NCBI GenBank assembly: GCA_963737905.1
Contig: CAVTUQ010000037.1
Coordinates: forward strand, 128,001 to 192,000
Direction: 5' to 3'
DNA: 64,000 bases
From: an uncultured delta proteobacterium
GTDB taxonomy: Bacteria; Desulfobacterota; Binatia; UBA9968
Every line of letters begins with the position of its first letter. Position 1 is the stretch's first letter. Both the position numbers and the translations under genes were made by a program. Shown in pieces: positions 28,376-38,918 of the stretch. The notes under the pieces are model-generated. The model saw only the letters and a program-made list of their open reading frames with translations, was not told the origin of the DNA and searched no databases.

Positions 28376-30286
28376 ATGCTTGATGTCCTTCGCAAGCGCA
28401 AGCGATCTTGGATTATTATTTTCCTACTTGGACTCATCATTGTCGTCTTCATCGCCTTCTACGGTGGCAATAAGCTTCGCGACACGTCTTCGCAAGATAT
28501 TGCCGAGGTCAATGGCGAAGTCATTACGCAACGAGAATTTGCCATGCACTACCAAAAAGCGTTGGAGCGGTATCGCGAGCTCTTGAAAGGATCGCTCACG
28601 CCTGAGATTGAGAAAAGTCTAAACATCAGAGGCACCTTGCTCGAAGAGCTCATCCAAAGACGGCTAGTGCTCCAAGAGGCTCGCCAGCTCGGACTAGCCG
28701 CTAATGACGAAGATTTGATGACGGCTATTGCGCAGGTCCCCGACTTTCAGGTCAACGGCCGGTTCAACAAAGAACGCTATCTCCAGCTTCTGCGCGCCAA
28801 CCGAATTAGCCCCGGGCAGTTTGAAGACGAACAGCGAGAGCAGTTGACGATTCAGCGACTCACCAGCATGCTCCTGGACGCAGTGCATGTTACGGAGGCC
28901 GAGGTACGCGACCGCTACCGTTACGAACAAGGAAAGATTGATCTTTATTTCATCCGCTTGCCTCTCAGCAATTATCTTTCAGAAGTAAAGCTAACCGAGG
29001 AAGAGATTAAGAAGTTCTATGATCGCAACAAGGAGATGCTCAAAGAGCCGTTGAAAGTCCAAGTCGAATATCTCTCCTACCCCTTCGAACGATTTTCGTC
29101 TTCAGCCCAGATTACCGACAAAGAGGTCGAGGATTATTATCAAGCGAATCGCGAATCAAAATTCCACCATCCCAAAGAGGTCAAGGCGCGCACCATTCTA
29201 GTCCGCATCCCGCCGGGAGCGGATGCGAAACAAAAAACCGATGCCCAGACGCGCGCGAATCGCATTCTGACAGAGGCGCGAGCCGGGAAGGATTTCGCCC
29301 AATTGGCTAAACAAGAGTCGGAGGACTCGACGGCGGCCAAAGGAGGCGATATCGGGTGGGTGACACAAGCCCAACTGCCTTCGCCTCTCGATAAGGTCGT
29401 TTTCAGCCTGGCCAAGGGCGAGACTAGCAATGTCATCGAGAGTCCCACGGGCTTTCATATCGTTAAGGTTGAGGACGTCAGAGACGAGAAAACCCAAAGT
29501 TTGAAAGAGGCCAGTGCGGAGATCATCCGCACCCTCAAGGCAGAAAAGGGCAAACGCGAAGCTGCAAAGCTCGCGGATCGAGACCGAGAGAAGGCACTCT
29601 CCGGGAATGACTTCGCCAAGTTGGCCCAGGAGAGCGGCGTTGCGGCCAACGTAACTCGTCCATTCACCACGGGTGAAGTACTGCCGGAAGTCGGGCAAGC
29701 GCCGGAATTTTATAAAGCCGCATTATCCTTGAGCCCCAAGGACATCAGCCCCGTCGTCGAGGGTACCAACGCCTATTACGTTTTAAAACTCAAACAACGA
29801 AGCGAGCCGACGGTTTTACCCTTCGAGGCCGTACGGTCCAAGATTGAAAAAAGCCTGAAGGAATCCAAAGCACACGAAATTTTGCAGCAAAAGGCGAAAA
29901 GCTTGTTGGAACAATTAAAAAAAGAAAAGGACATCGGCAAAGTTGCTCAGCAGAACGGGCTAAAACTGGAAGAAACCGGGCTGTTTCTCCGCAGCGCGCC
30001 TCAACTGCCTAAAGTGGGGGAGCTTTCGGAAATGAGTTCGGGAGGGATCGCGCTGTCGGCAGAGAAACCGTTCCCGGAAAAAATTTACACGCAACAGGAT
30101 AACGCCTATCTCTTTGCCTTCAAAGATAGCCAAGGCGCCGACATGGAGCGGTTCGACAAGGAGCAAACACAGCTCACGAATCAGGCTTTGGCCGAGAGTC
30201 GGCAACAAGTGCTGCAGAAATTTGTCGAGAACCTCAAGTCCAAGGCTCAGATCCAAGTTCACCCTAACTCCCTGGAAGAAAGTTAG
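28376..30286 (+). CDS. ppiD: PpiD-like chaperone (SurA N-terminal + parvulin domain)
   Basis: N-terminal TM, AEVNGEVI, DFAQLAKQESED..AAKGGDIG, GFHIVKV. Confidence 0.85.
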   Translation: MLDVLRKRKRSWIIIFLLGLIIVVFIAFYGGNKLRDTSSQDIAEVNGEVITQREFAMHYQKALERYRELLKGSLTPEIEKSLNIRGTLLEELIQRRLVLQEARQLGLAANDEDLMTAIAQVPDFQVNGRFNKERYLQLLRANRISPGQFEDEQREQLTIQRLTSMLLDAVHVTEAEVRDRYRYEQGKIDLYFIRLPLSNYLSEVKLTEEEIKKFYDRNKEMLKEPLKVQVEYLSYPFERFSSSAQITDKEVEDYYQANRESKFHHPKEVKARTILVRIPPGADAKQKTDAQTRANRILTEARAGKDFAQLAKQESEDSTAAKGGDIGWVTQAQLPSPLDKVVFSLAKGETSNVIESPTGFHIVKVEDVRDEKTQSLKEASAEIIRTLKAEKGKREAAKLADRDREKALSGNDFAKLAQESGVAANVTRPFTTGEVLPEVGQAPEFYKAALSLSPKDISPVVEGTNAYYVLKLKQRSEPTVLPFEAVRSKIEKSLKESKAHEILQQKAKSLLEQLKKEKDIGKVAQQNGLKLEETGLFLRSAPQLPKVGELSEMSSGGIALSAEKPFPEKIYTQQDNAYLFAFKDSQGADMERFDKEQTQLTNQALAESRQQVLQKFVENLKSKAQIQVHPNSLEES

Positions 30287-30321
30287 AGTTTTTCTCGCGA
30301 TCTTGTTCTAAGGATGACGTT

Positions 30322-30948
30322 GTGCAAGTCTTCTTGGTTCGTCACGGTGCCACGGATTGGAATCTGCAGGGTCGCTGCCAAGGCGCGACGGATCTGGATC
30401 TGAACGAAGTCGGAGTCCGTCAAGCGGAGCAGATTGCGGCGTCACTGACGAACCGACCGATCCATGGAATTTACTCAAGCAATCTGAAGCGCGCGCAACA
30501 GACCGCTCAGTTCTTCAGTCGGCATCATCAACTCCCCGTGCTTATCGAAACCGACGTTCGCGAACTTGATCATGGCGAATTGGAAGGTCTGACCTTCGCA
30601 GAAATTAAGGCAAACTACTCACAATTTATTCGGAAATGGAGAACCGAGCCGGCAGAGATCCAGGTTCCGGGCGGCGAGCGGCTCGTGGATGTCGCGCGTA
30701 GGGCCTGGAACGGATTGAATCGCATCGTGCAGCGCCACGTCGCCGAAGAAGCCGTCATCGTGGTTAGCCACAACTTTCCGATCCTAGGCATCATCTGCCG
30801 AATCACCGGCACCCACTTGAACAACTACCGCACTTTTCATCTCGACCCGTGCAGCGTTACCCGTCTCAATCATAACGGCGGCGATCACTGGGAAGTCACC
30901 TGTATCAATAATCAAGAGTACACGGCAGAGACACCGCTCGCACGCTAG
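30322..30948 (+). CDS. Histidine phosphatase family protein
   Basis: LVRHGATDWN, SSNLKRAQQTA, PGGE, VSH. Confidence 0.9.
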   Translation: MQVFLVRHGATDWNLQGRCQGATDLDLNEVGVRQAEQIAASLTNRPIHGIYSSNLKRAQQTAQFFSRHHQLPVLIETDVRELDHGELEGLTFAEIKANYSQFIRKWRTEPAEIQVPGGERLVDVARRAWNGLNRIVQRHVAEEAVIVVSHNFPILGIICRITGTHLNNYRTFHLDPCSVTRLNHNGGDHWEVTCINNQEYTAETPLAR

Positions 30949-31047
30949 CTTGGTGTCTCCAACGCTTCTTTAAGATGCTTCGAGAGAGCGTGCCTTCCGC
31001 CCGTGGTCAAGGGTCCGGTGGCTTGTGACCGACGACGCAGCCTTGCC

Positions 31048-32583
31048 TTACTTTTGCTTCGTATACAATGCCGCGGCGAAGAACAGTAGCGCCAGTAGCA
31101 GGTAGGCCAGGAAAAACTCCGGCGCCGCGAGGAGTCCGAAGCGATTGACGACACCGCCGGGTGTGAGTTCGTAGGCGTGAATGATGCCCACGGCCGAAAA
31201 GAGCGCGGCGGCCAAGGACCAAAGACTCGCCGTCTGAAACCGCCTTTCGATCAACGCGACCCCGATGGCCGCAAGAATCATGGAAGTAAATATGAACCCT
31301 TGCTGCAGGGAAATCATACCGTGCATCGCCGGGCTCTGGCCGAAGGGCGCTGTTCCGACCAGATAGAGCGATTTGCCGGCGACTCTGAGGCCGGTCTCGA
31401 CCATCAACAGTCCCCACGCGGCTAATGCCGGAACGATCCCCAGCGCCACCGCCGGAGCATGTTCTTTCGGCGTTTCCTGAAACGACTGCGCGACGATAAT
31501 AATGCCGATGTAGAGAAGAATCCCGATTCCACCTTCGAGAGGGATCAAGCCTAGAACAGACTGCATGGTTCCAGTGAGGCAAAGAAAAGCAATGAACAAC
31601 CCATTCAATGCTGAGTATCCGGAGCGGGCGCCGAGGCGTTTCCAACCGGGATGACCAATATAGATGGTCGTAGGAAAGACGCTGCCGAAAAATGCCGCTA
31701 CTACAGAGCCCAGCCCATTGGCCATGAGGGATGGAAAGGTGCGGTAGCGGTCCCCCGCGGCTTCGGCGCTTTCGATGTTCTGCAACGAACCAACGACATT
31801 AAAAATCCCCATCGGTAAAATGATCGAAAAATAATTCAGAAAGCCCGGATGTGACAGCGCCTCCCAAAGCGGACCGCCGGTGAAGACCGGAAATGTCAAA
31901 GCATAGGCCGAATTCCAGGTTTTTCCTGTCATGGTACCCAGCAACCATCCCAGTAAAGTGCCGACTGCAATGGCGACCATACCGCCGGGCAAACCAAGCG
32001 GAAGTTTCTGTTGCGAAAAATACGCGACAAAGATAATTGCCATCGGCAAAAGAGCAACCAAAGGCAGGGCAAAGATTTTGAAAGTGAAATCCATCGAAAT
32101 AAATGTAATCGCGATGCCCGCCAACGCCGATAGCAAAGCGGCTCGCGGCGTGACGCGGCGTACGCTCTCCGCGATGAATGCACAGAGGATCTCGATGACT
32201 CCGTTGAGAAAGCAAGCAACGAGCCCGACCTTCCACGCCCAGACCGGATCTTTGGTCTCCTGATAGATCGGCAGCATGATGAAGAAAACAAAAGCGAAGA
32301 GACTCACTGTGTTGATGCCGTAGGGAAGCGCGGTTACGTCTTCACGCCCCGTCTCCCGGGCAAGCTGCCGTGCCTGCCAAGCATAGAAAAAATTGCCAAC
32401 CAGAATCGAAATCGCCGCCCCCGGCAGAATGCGCCCGAAAATGTAGCTGTCCGGCAAATGGATAAGCTCCCGGCAGAGACTGACGATGAGAATCAGTTGG
32501 ATCAGGTTATCGATCATGAGACCGAAAAACCCATCCAGATCTTTACGGACAAACCACGGTGGATTCATTAAGTGTTGCGACAT
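31048..32583 (-). CDS. NCS2/AzgA-like permease
   Basis: DLDGFFGL, TALPYGINT, FPTTIYIGHPGWK; many TM segments. Confidence 0.8.
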   Translation of the reverse strand: MSQHLMNPPWFVRKDLDGFFGLMIDNLIQLILIVSLCRELIHLPDSYIFGRILPGAAISILVGNFFYAWQARQLARETGREDVTALPYGINTVSLFAFVFFIMLPIYQETKDPVWAWKVGLVACFLNGVIEILCAFIAESVRRVTPRAALLSALAGIAITFISMDFTFKIFALPLVALLPMAIIFVAYFSQQKLPLGLPGGMVAIAVGTLLGWLLGTMTGKTWNSAYALTFPVFTGGPLWEALSHPGFLNYFSIILPMGIFNVVGSLQNIESAEAAGDRYRTFPSLMANGLGSVVAAFFGSVFPTTIYIGHPGWKRLGARSGYSALNGLFIAFLCLTGTMQSVLGLIPLEGGIGILLYIGIIIVAQSFQETPKEHAPAVALGIVPALAAWGLLMVETGLRVAGKSLYLVGTAPFGQSPAMHGMISLQQGFIFTSMILAAIGVALIERRFQTASLWSLAAALFSAVGIIHAYELTPGGVVNRFGLLAAPEFFLAYLLLALLFFAAALYTKQK

Positions 32584-32906
32584 GGAAACAGCTCCGCGTT
32601 GTCGAATTCGACAGAATGTAGCCGCCCTCACTCTTCCCTGTCAAACCGAGAAAGGCCTACGGATCGTTGAGCCTTTGGTCCTTTGCCCCTTTGCACGGCG
32701 ATCAAAATCGTGCACCCAATGCTTAACAAGTCGTCATCATTTCCAACCCCACCCTGGCCAAGTTTCGTCTGCTACGGCCACTTTTGTCACTGAGCAAGGG
32801 GTTCCTCAATATTGAACCCGTAAAAGAACGATAATTGTGACAAGGCCCTAGCTGGCCTTCTCATTGCATTTCATTTACGGAGAGCAACCAAAATAAGGAG
32901 GGGGTA

Positions 32907-33437
32907 ATGTTCGATTCGAAACAATTGTGTATGCTACTGCTTCTCGGATTTCTGCTTCCATTAACCACAGGCTGCGGCTCTTCATTCAGAAGCAAGTCGG
33001 AATCTAAGACCGCTTCCACGGTTCCTGAGACCAAGATCTTACGTGACAAAGTCGAAGTGATTCCATCACTCGACGCCAGTCTGACTAAGCTCACATTTTT
33101 TAGCAGCAGCGCTTCCGACATCGCACCTCTTAAAAACCCGACGTATAATAGTCGGTTTGCCCATGCGGTCACTAACCGAGTTTATCCGGAAATCCACCTC
33201 GAGTATCCGCGGCCCGGAAAGAGGGTCTATTTCACAATGACCGTCCAAATCCGCGAGAACCAAAAAACGTTCAGAATTGTGGACTATGAAACCCGGATAG
33301 AACCGAACTGGACTTCATCTTACCACTCGGTGGGCATAGGGGTATTGGGTCCAGGAAACTGGCGTCCCGGTGCTTACGAGGCGGATGTCTACATCAACGG
33401 CGAGAAAATAGCGATGGGTTCCTTTGAAGTTTACTAA
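32907..33437 (+). CDS. Hypothetical lipoprotein
   Basis: Lipobox-like LTTG-C, good RBS, beta-rich C-terminus (WRPGAYEADVYING). Confidence 0.65.
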   Translation: MFDSKQLCMLLLLGFLLPLTTGCGSSFRSKSESKTASTVPETKILRDKVEVIPSLDASLTKLTFFSSSASDIAPLKNPTYNSRFAHAVTNRVYPEIHLEYPRPGKRVYFTMTVQIRENQKTFRIVDYETRIEPNWTSSYHSVGIGVLGPGNWRPGAYEADVYINGEKIAMGSFEVY

Positions 33438-33774
33438 TCTCGAAGCGATCCGAGAGTTCAGCCGTGAGATTCGGCGATATGTTTTCGTTTTCTCTCTGCT
33501 CCGCGATTTACCCGGCGCAGAGAACTTACAACTTTTGTTGGCGTGAAAGTCCCTCTCGGTAGCGAATAGTCTTCCTTTGACAATCCTGCGGTCGGAAATC
33601 AGGTCCGTTTGGGTTCAGCTCCAGACCTTTGACGAGCCTTTCCATTCTTTTTCTGGAGATGTTGGACCCCTTTGCGTTCTCATGCTCGCAACATCTGATG
33701 AGTACGCATTCTGGACGCCGGATAGGCGACGTAGATTGCTAACTTGAAAGATCGGAGCATGGACGATAAGAATA

Positions 33775-34503
33775 ATGCAAGGGATGTTTAAGTTGTTTTA
33801 CACCGATTTGGGCCGGACGGGTTATCCCGCAGCGCTGGCGCTGCAGGAGAGAATTGTAGAGCTGAAACAACGGGAGCCTTCGGCCGACGTGATACTTTTC
33901 GTCGAACATCCCCACGTTTATACCCTCGGTCGCGGCGGCAAGTCATCCAATCTCCTCGCTCCGCAGGAAGTTCCGGTCGTTAGGACAAGCCGTGGCGGGG
34001 ACGTCACCTACCATGGACCGGGCCAGCTGGTGATCTATCCGCTTATTGATCTACGCTCGAAGTTACGCAAGGACGTACACCGCTACCTTAGAAATTTGGA
34101 GATGAGCGTCGTCCGCACCCTGAAGGATTTTGGTCTCGACAGTGTGCAGCGCCCGCCCTACAGCGGAATCTGGATCGAGAATAGAAAAATTGCCGCTATC
34201 GGGATCGCCGTGCGTCGCGGTATTACTTTTCACGGCCTGGCTTTGAATGTGAACACGGACCTCTCCTATTTCAGTCGGATTATTCCATGCGGACTGACAT
34301 GGGCCGAAGTCACCTCGATGTCTAGGGAACTGCGGGTGGAACAAGATCAAAGTAAAGTGAAAAACAGATTTCTCCATCACTTCGCTGAACTGTTTAGCTA
34401 TAGGGATGTTAAAGAGAGTGACTCAGCCGAGGATGCGGGATGGAAGATGGAAGATGGCAATTCTCGATCCTCGATCATCAATCCTCGACCGGAAGCGTAT
34501 TAG
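33775..34503 (+). CDS. lipB: Lipoyl(octanoyl) transferase
   Basis: EHPHVYTLGR, RGGDVTYHGPGQL, HGLALNV, IIPCG. Confidence 0.95.
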   Translation: MQGMFKLFYTDLGRTGYPAALALQERIVELKQREPSADVILFVEHPHVYTLGRGGKSSNLLAPQEVPVVRTSRGGDVTYHGPGQLVIYPLIDLRSKLRKDVHRYLRNLEMSVVRTLKDFGLDSVQRPPYSGIWIENRKIAAIGIAVRRGITFHGLALNVNTDLSYFSRIIPCGLTWAEVTSMSRELRVEQDQSKVKNRFLHHFAELFSYRDVKESDSAEDAGWKMEDGNSRSSIINPRPEAY

Positions 34504-34506
34504 AAA

Positions 34507-35355
34507 ATGCCCCGCCGACATCCAGACTGGATCAAAGTCAAGCCTCCAGGTAACCCCAACTATCTTCGCCTGAAACGCATCCTGCGGGAGAAAAAGCTTC
34601 ACACGGTTTGCGAGGAGGCACGCTGCCCGAATATCGGCGAGTGCTGGGGCAACAAGACTGCGACCTTTTTGATCCTGGGTGACACGTGCACGCGCGGCTG
34701 CCGTTTTTGCGCCATCGACAAAGGCAAGCCTCTGACGTTGGATCCGGAAGAACCGCGTAACGTCGCTTTGGTTGTAAAAGACCTCGGACTTGATCACATC
34801 GTCGTCACCTCCGTCAATCGCGACGATCTTCCAGACGGCGGTGCCAATCATTTCGCCAAGACGGTATTTTGGATAAAAAGCCTCAACCCCGGAATCCGCG
34901 TTGAAGTGCTGATTCCAGATTTTGAAGGTAACCTTGGGGCACTTGAGACAGTCGTCAATTCAGGAATCGAGGTCCTCAACCACAATATTGAAACCGTGCC
35001 CAGGCTCTACGGCAAAGTGCGTCCGGGTCACAGCTATGAGTGCTCGCTAAGTATTTTACGGCAAGCCAAGAATGTTCGCGGCGATGTACTGACCAAGTCG
35101 GGATTCATGGTCGGCGTTGGCGAATCCTACGATGAGGTGAAAAGCACATTACACGACTTGAGGGAAAACGACGTCGATATCGTCACCATCGGACAATACC
35201 TGCAACCCTCGAACCGGCAATTGGGCGTCGAGCGCTACGTGACACCTGACGAATTCAAAGAATTCAAAACGGAAGGCGAAAAACTTGGCTTTCGCCACGT
35301 TGAATCCGGCCCCCTCGTTCGCAGCTCATACCATGCTTGGAGCCATGTCAGTTAG
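34507..35355 (+). CDS. lipA: Lipoyl synthase
   Basis: CEEARCPNIGEC, CTRGCRFC, RSSYHA. Confidence 0.97.
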   Translation: MPRRHPDWIKVKPPGNPNYLRLKRILREKKLHTVCEEARCPNIGECWGNKTATFLILGDTCTRGCRFCAIDKGKPLTLDPEEPRNVALVVKDLGLDHIVVTSVNRDDLPDGGANHFAKTVFWIKSLNPGIRVEVLIPDFEGNLGALETVVNSGIEVLNHNIETVPRLYGKVRPGHSYECSLSILRQAKNVRGDVLTKSGFMVGVGESYDEVKSTLHDLRENDVDIVTIGQYLQPSNRQLGVERYVTPDEFKEFKTEGEKLGFRHVESGPLVRSSYHAWSHVS

Positions 35356-35468
35356 AGTCGAGGATAGAGGATCGACAATGGAGGATAGAATTTTTCAATC
35401 CTCGATCTTCCGTCTTCTATCTTAGGATGATCAAGACGAGCGATTGTAAATCACAAAAGGAGGTTGCC

Positions 35469-35834
35469 ATGAAGGTATTGCGCATGCGCTCATGGAATTT
35501 TCATGCGGATAAATTAGACGAAATGACGCGCTTCTATCAGAACGCGTTAGGCGCAGAGGTGCGCACCCAACACAACGTCGGCGGAGTTAAAGTGACGCGC
35601 CTGCGCGCTGGTGAGACCGGGCTCGGTCTCTTCGACGCCTCGGAGAAGCGGGCACCGCAAGTACCCCATCACACCTTTGATATCGAAGGACCCAGCGATC
35701 CGAAAGAGTTGATCAAAGAGCTGGAAGGGAAAGGGATCAAAGCGGATGAGATACGCATTCATGGCGAAGGCCCAGGCTACTCGGTCTACGTCGTCGACCC
35801 CAGCGGAAATCGGCTCGAGTTATCCAAGGACTAG
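35469..35834 (+). CDS. VOC (glyoxalase-like) protein
   Basis: RFYQNALG, HHTF, YVVDPSGNRLEL; RBS AGGAGG precedes ATG 35469. Confidence 0.82.
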   Translation: MKVLRMRSWNFHADKLDEMTRFYQNALGAEVRTQHNVGGVKVTRLRAGETGLGLFDASEKRAPQVPHHTFDIEGPSDPKELIKELEGKGIKADEIRIHGEGPGYSVYVVDPSGNRLELSKD

Positions 35835-35898
35835 CGCAAGACCCTGCGCGTAAATCCACCGCATACTTGTTCCAGCCCGATTTGTCGGACGATTAGGT

Positions 35899-37242
35899 CT
35901 AGCTCGTCGCGATCCGGGCGGCGAGCCAGCGGGCTGTGCGCAGAAGACGAGCGTCGCCGTTCCGCGGGCCGACCAGTTGAACGCCGATGGGTAGTCCGCT
36001 CGCGCTCTGCAGAAGCGGCAAGCTGATCGCGGGCATACCGCAAAGCGTCCACAAGGTGCAGAAGACCGGATCCCCGGTCGAGGAAAGGCCTTTGGGTGCT
36101 GCTCCAGTCGCAGCCGGCGTCAGGATAGCGTCGTAGCGCTGCTCGAAAAGCTCGACGAAGCTTTCGTGGATGGGCGCGATCCGAGAGCGCGCGCGCTGGT
36201 AGTCAATCGCGCGTACGTTATGCCCGCGCTCCAGCTGCGCCCGCAGTTGCTCCGAGAGACGGTCGTATCCCTTGTCCCACTCCCGCTTGAGGTTCGCCGC
36301 CATCTCGGCTTCCATGATCGTCCGGTGCAAATCCCACGCGTCGATCGCCGACGGCAAAAGCGCGACCTCTTCGACCTGTTTGCCCAATCGCTCGACCAGC
36401 TCGGCAAAACCCTCCTTGGTGTCTTCGTCCACGCGCTCCCAATGCGGGGTTTTCACGAACCCAAACATCGGAGGCAGCGGCGGCTCTTCGACCGCGACTT
36501 CAACGAACGGTATGCGGGCTCGTAGACGCGTGTCAGGATCATTTTCATCGTAGCCGACCAACCGCTCGGCAAGCAACGCGATATCGTCAATGGAGCGCGC
36601 GAACAGCCCGACATGATCGAGCGTGCCCGATAGGGCGAATACTCGGTGGCGCGAAATTAGTCCATGCGTCGGCTTGAAACCGATACAGCCACAATATGCC
36701 GCCGGGCGAATTGTCGAACCATTGGTCTGGCTGCCGAGCGCCAATGGAACCATATTCGCGGCCACCGCTGCGGCTGAACCGCTCGACGAACCGCCGGGCG
36801 TGTGCTCGGAGTTGTGAGGGTTGCGTGTTTTACCAGGAGAAAAATACGCAAACTCGGTCGTCACAGTCTTGCCCATGATCACCGCACCCGCCGCACGGAG
36901 CATAGCCACCGCGGCGGCATCATGCGACGGTGTGCGACCAGCGTAGATCACTGATCCGTTTTCGGTCGGCATGTCGGCGGTGTCGAAAATATCTTTGATG
37001 CCGATCGGCACGCCGTGCAATGGGCCAATCCGTTTTCCTTCGAGACGAAGCTGATCCAGAGCGCGCGCCTGCGCGAGCGCGTGATCGGGATCTAGGAACG
37101 TCCACGCCTGGATTTGCCCATCGACCTCACGAATTCGTGCCAGACAGGCTTCCACGAACTGCTCCGAGCTGACAACGCCGTCGCGGATCAAGCGGGCCGC
37201 TTCGGAGGCGGAAAGCGAGTGGAGATTTGTCGGATGCATCAT
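35899..37242 (-). CDS. Amidase (amidase-signature family)
   Basis: GVPIGIKD, GGSSSGSAAAVA, GSQTNGSTIRPA. Confidence 0.92.
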   Translation of the reverse strand: MMHPTNLHSLSASEAARLIRDGVVSSEQFVEACLARIREVDGQIQAWTFLDPDHALAQARALDQLRLEGKRIGPLHGVPIGIKDIFDTADMPTENGSVIYAGRTPSHDAAAVAMLRAAGAVIMGKTVTTEFAYFSPGKTRNPHNSEHTPGGSSSGSAAAVAANMVPLALGSQTNGSTIRPAAYCGCIGFKPTHGLISRHRVFALSGTLDHVGLFARSIDDIALLAERLVGYDENDPDTRLRARIPFVEVAVEEPPLPPMFGFVKTPHWERVDEDTKEGFAELVERLGKQVEEVALLPSAIDAWDLHRTIMEAEMAANLKREWDKGYDRLSEQLRAQLERGHNVRAIDYQRARSRIAPIHESFVELFEQRYDAILTPAATGAAPKGLSSTGDPVFCTLWTLCGMPAISLPLLQSASGLPIGVQLVGPRNGDARLLRTARWLAARIATS

Positions 37243-37372
37243 AGGCCGTTGAAAAAGGCTCATCTGCTTCGACAGCGGAAAGGCCACGATGATCTCAATC
37301 GATTCTGTGTTGCGCTTCTGTCATGCCACCGTTGCCTACGGTACGTAGGGGTGGCCAGGACACTTATTCTAA

Positions 37373-37496
37373 AGCCGCAACCCGAGGGACCGAGCAGCAC
37401 GAGAAATTCTCCATCCCTGGTGAGCAGATCTATACCGTTCACTGCGGCGACGTCGCCGTAATATTTCTTGACCCCGCGTGTCTCTACAGTCGCCAT
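37373..37496 (-). pseudogene. Truncated sugar-type ABC ATPase fragment
   Basis: MATVETRGVKKYYG...EFLVLLGPSGCG; homology stops just before the Walker A lysine. Confidence 0.75.
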
Positions 37497-37545
37497 GCGT
37501 TTTGTAAATTTCCGGGGTCACGCTGTGTGCCGCGGAGATCCGGTC

Positions 37546-38918
37546 CTACATGAGCTTTCGCTCGCGCCACTTCTCCCAGATGCGGCGGCATTCGAACTCG
37601 GCTTCTTTGACCGAATCCTCGGGGCTCAGCACGCCTTGAGCGGCCTTGGCAAACATGACGTTGATGACCCATTTCTGATAGACCTCGTCGATGGCGGCGT
37701 TGGCATAGCCAGGGTAGCCGATGTTGGTGGCCCAACTCAGCACGTCTTCCAAGACTTTGTACTTGTCAGATGGTTTAGCCTTGCTGTCGTTGGTGAGCAG
37801 TTGCTTCAGGTCCGGCACGGTGCGCTGAAAGCAGGGGAAGTCATAGAATTCACCGTTACAACGCCTGGCAAAAAATGCACATAGCCACGAGAAACTTCTT
37901 GGCGCCGTCGATATTTTCGGCGAACTTCCAGATCGACGTACACGTCCATCACATGTTCCAGGCCGATCCGGCGCACCGGGCCGGCGGCTGCCTTGGCGAG
38001 GTGGATCTTTTCTGTGAACTTCGGATTGTCCTTCTCACCGGTGCTGGTGATGGAGATGGCGTTGAGCGCCAGTGAAATGGTGCCCGCCAGCATGGCCCGG
38101 TTGTTGGAGGAGGGATCCCAGGTGAAGACTTCCGGGGTCATGGTCTCTTGAAACAGAGCCTTCACAAACTTCACGGCCTCGACGGTGTTCTTGGAGTTCA
38201 AGGTCAGATAGCCGGCGGCGTCCTGCTCATGGGCGCCGAACGAGTACATAATGGTGCGCATGGCCATGGCCGTATCGAGCTCCTGAGCCAAACCGATGCC
38301 CACCGGGATGTTGTGTTTTTGCTTTATCTTGCGGCCGCCGTCGAGGATCTTATCCCAGCTGTAGGGCACGACCCCGACATCATCCCACAAGTCCTTGCGC
38401 CAGTTTATGGGGTCCGGTGTGAAGGAGGGAGAGAAGCCAAAGTACTTCTTGGTTTTTGGGTTGTAGGTGCTCTTGATGGCGAGGTCGATGGGCTTGCCGT
38501 GCTTCTTCTCGCACTCCGCATAAACGTCCTTCATGTCTATGGCCTGCTCCTCGTAGAACGGAGGCGGCCAGTTGAAGAGAAACAGGTCGTGGCCTTTCTG
38601 GGCGGATACCTCAGCGGCGGCGCGGGCGCTGATGCCGGGGAGACCGATGTTATCCACGGTGACTTCGGTGTTGTTTTTCTCGCCCCACTGCTTGACGTAT
38701 TTCTCGTTAAACCATTTGTCGAAGGCCGGGACGAAGTGCACCCACTGAAGAATCTTCAGGCTCTTCTTGGCGCTGGCGCCGTAGGAGCGCTGCGGGACAA
38801 TAAAGGGCACGCCTAACCCTGTTGCCAGCGCACCCGCAGCCGTTGTCTTAATGAAATCACGCCGATTGAACCGAAGAGCCTTGGGGCTCTGCCTGCGCCA
38901 ATTATCTATATAAGACAT
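37546..38918 (-). CDS. Tat-exported sugar-type ABC solute-binding protein (frameshifted near 37820-37920)
   Basis: RRDFIK twin-arginine motif, LQWVHFVP, WRKDLW; the C-terminus continues in ORF 37546..37818. Confidence 0.75.
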
